A stretch of DNA of 64,000 nucleotides, taken from Minisyncoccota bacterium. Its GTDB lineage: Bacteria > Patescibacteriota > Minisyncoccia > Phycocordibacterales > JAQTLZ01. Positions 63,445-64,000 of this stretch are shown here, piece by piece. Location: positions 121,841 to 185,840 of the forward strand of contig JAQTLZ010000002.1 in NCBI GenBank assembly GCA_028714635.1, given 5' to 3'. Under the pieces are notes generated by a model that searched no databases, was not told the origin of the DNA, and worked only from the letters and a program-made list of their open reading frames with translations. How positions within the stretch are numbered: position 1 is the first letter of the stretch; every line of letters starts with the position of its first letter. Both the position numbers and the translations under genes were made by a program.

Positions 63445-63711
63445 ATGGAAAATAAAGGAACCAAGAAACTCTTATCGACCGCTGAAGTGGCTAAAATCCT
63501 TGGAATTAGTCGTGTTGCTGTATTTAAGAAGATTCAAAGTGGTGAAATAAAAGCCCAAAAAATCGGCCGAAATTATGTTATCGAAAGCACTGATTTGAGT
63601 GCAGCTCTCGGTGTTATTTTATCTCCTGAAAGGAAAAAAGAGATTGAGAAATCAGTTGACAAAACAGTGAAAGAATACGGTGAAGCTCTCAAGATGCTGG
63701 GTAAAGAATAA
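63445..63711 (+). CDS. Excisionase/MerR-like helix-turn-helix DNA-binding protein (putative antitoxin/autoregulator)
   Basis: LLSTAEVAKILGISRVAVFKKIQSGEIKAQKIGRNYVI: typical Xis-type HTH. Leaderless ATG 63445 preferred over the ORF-track ATG 63400, which lies inside the palindrome. Confidence 0.75.
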   Translation: MENKGTKKLLSTAEVAKILGISRVAVFKKIQSGEIKAQKIGRNYVIESTDLSAALGVILSPERKKEIEKSVDKTVKEYGEALKMLGKE

Positions 63712-63716
63712 TTGCC

Positions 63717-64000
63717 ATGAGAATACTTTCAGTCGCCGATGTTGAATATATTGGTTACGATCTGGCAAAGAAGCTTATGGCGTTTGATGAGCCCATTCCC
63801 GATTTTGTCACTCGTTATCCAGATGTTTTGGAACGATGTCTTATTGCCCCTTTCCAAACATATGATAATCGAGATTTGTATCCGACCCTCATAAAGAAAT
63901 CAGCCATTCTTTTTTATCTCATGATTAAAAATCATCCTTTTCAAAATGGGAATAAAAGAATTGCTGTAGCAACATCACTTTTCTTTTTAGCTGATAACGA
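63717..64000 (+). CDS. Fic/Doc-family toxin (death-on-curing type), 3' end outside window
   Basis: HPFQNGNKRIAV matches the Doc/Fic HPFx(D/N)GNKR motif. Starts 5 nt after the HTH gene. Confidence 0.8.
   Translation, partial: MRILSVADVEYIGYDLAKKLMAFDEPIPDFVTRYPDVLERCLIAPFQTYDNRDLYPTLIKKSAILFYLMIKNHPFQNGNKRIAVATSLFFLADN

Noticed and set aside
1-64000. Searched for CRISPR arrays, transposases/integrases, reverse transcriptases and rRNA
   Set aside because: No regularly spaced direct repeats were seen. No DDE/tyrosine-recombinase/RT motifs appear among the ORF translations. No rRNA-like conserved stretches were noticed. The tRNA-adjacent duplication at 1329-1466 has no associated integrase.

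Overview
This 64-kb window reads as a compact, low-GC (roughly 40% by eye), gene-dense bacterial chromosome segment. Most genes are on the + strand, with two minus-strand blocks at about 22.9-27.3 kb and 50.0-55.6 kb. I can support about 75 protein genes, one tRNA-His, many intrinsic terminators and a few promoter-like sites. There is no CRISPR array, no rRNA and no transposase or integrase.

Identifiable housekeeping genes:
- secE-nusG-rplK
- rpsF-ssb-rpsR
- argS, ileS, glyQS, metG
- recA, recO, ftsK, efp, maf, tatD

A notably coherent thymidylate-cycle gene set is present:
- folD, and folA-thyA on the minus strand
- a dCMP deaminase fusion, glyA, tmk
- HD-family and HIT-family nucleotide hydrolases

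rplK is not followed by rplA and rpsR is not followed by rplI. Together with the small genes, leaderless starts and abundance of membrane-anchored hypothetical proteins, this fits a reduced-genome CPR/Patescibacteria-like organism. That is inference only.

The features most worth a second look:
1. An isoleucyl-tRNA synthetase carrying a histidine-phosphatase (PGAM-like RHG) domain of about 200 aa, inserted between the CxxC and DLHRP/CxCG parts of its zinc knuckle.
2. tRNA-His followed 35 nt downstream by a 138-nt, highly base-paired element that re-uses the tRNA acceptor and T-stem sequences.
3. Several short GC-rich islands (about 55-60% GC), one of which carries a genuine pyrF plus a degenerate PRTase-like gene.
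4. A 25-nt motif present twice, 27 kb apart.
5. An HTH-Doc toxin-antitoxin pair with a perfect 20-bp palindromic operator.
6. A likely S-layer-like surface protein preceded by a 780-bp non-coding region, followed by a beta-helix/lipase secreted protein.

All functional calls rest on motif-level recognition in the translated ORFs; no database searches were run.
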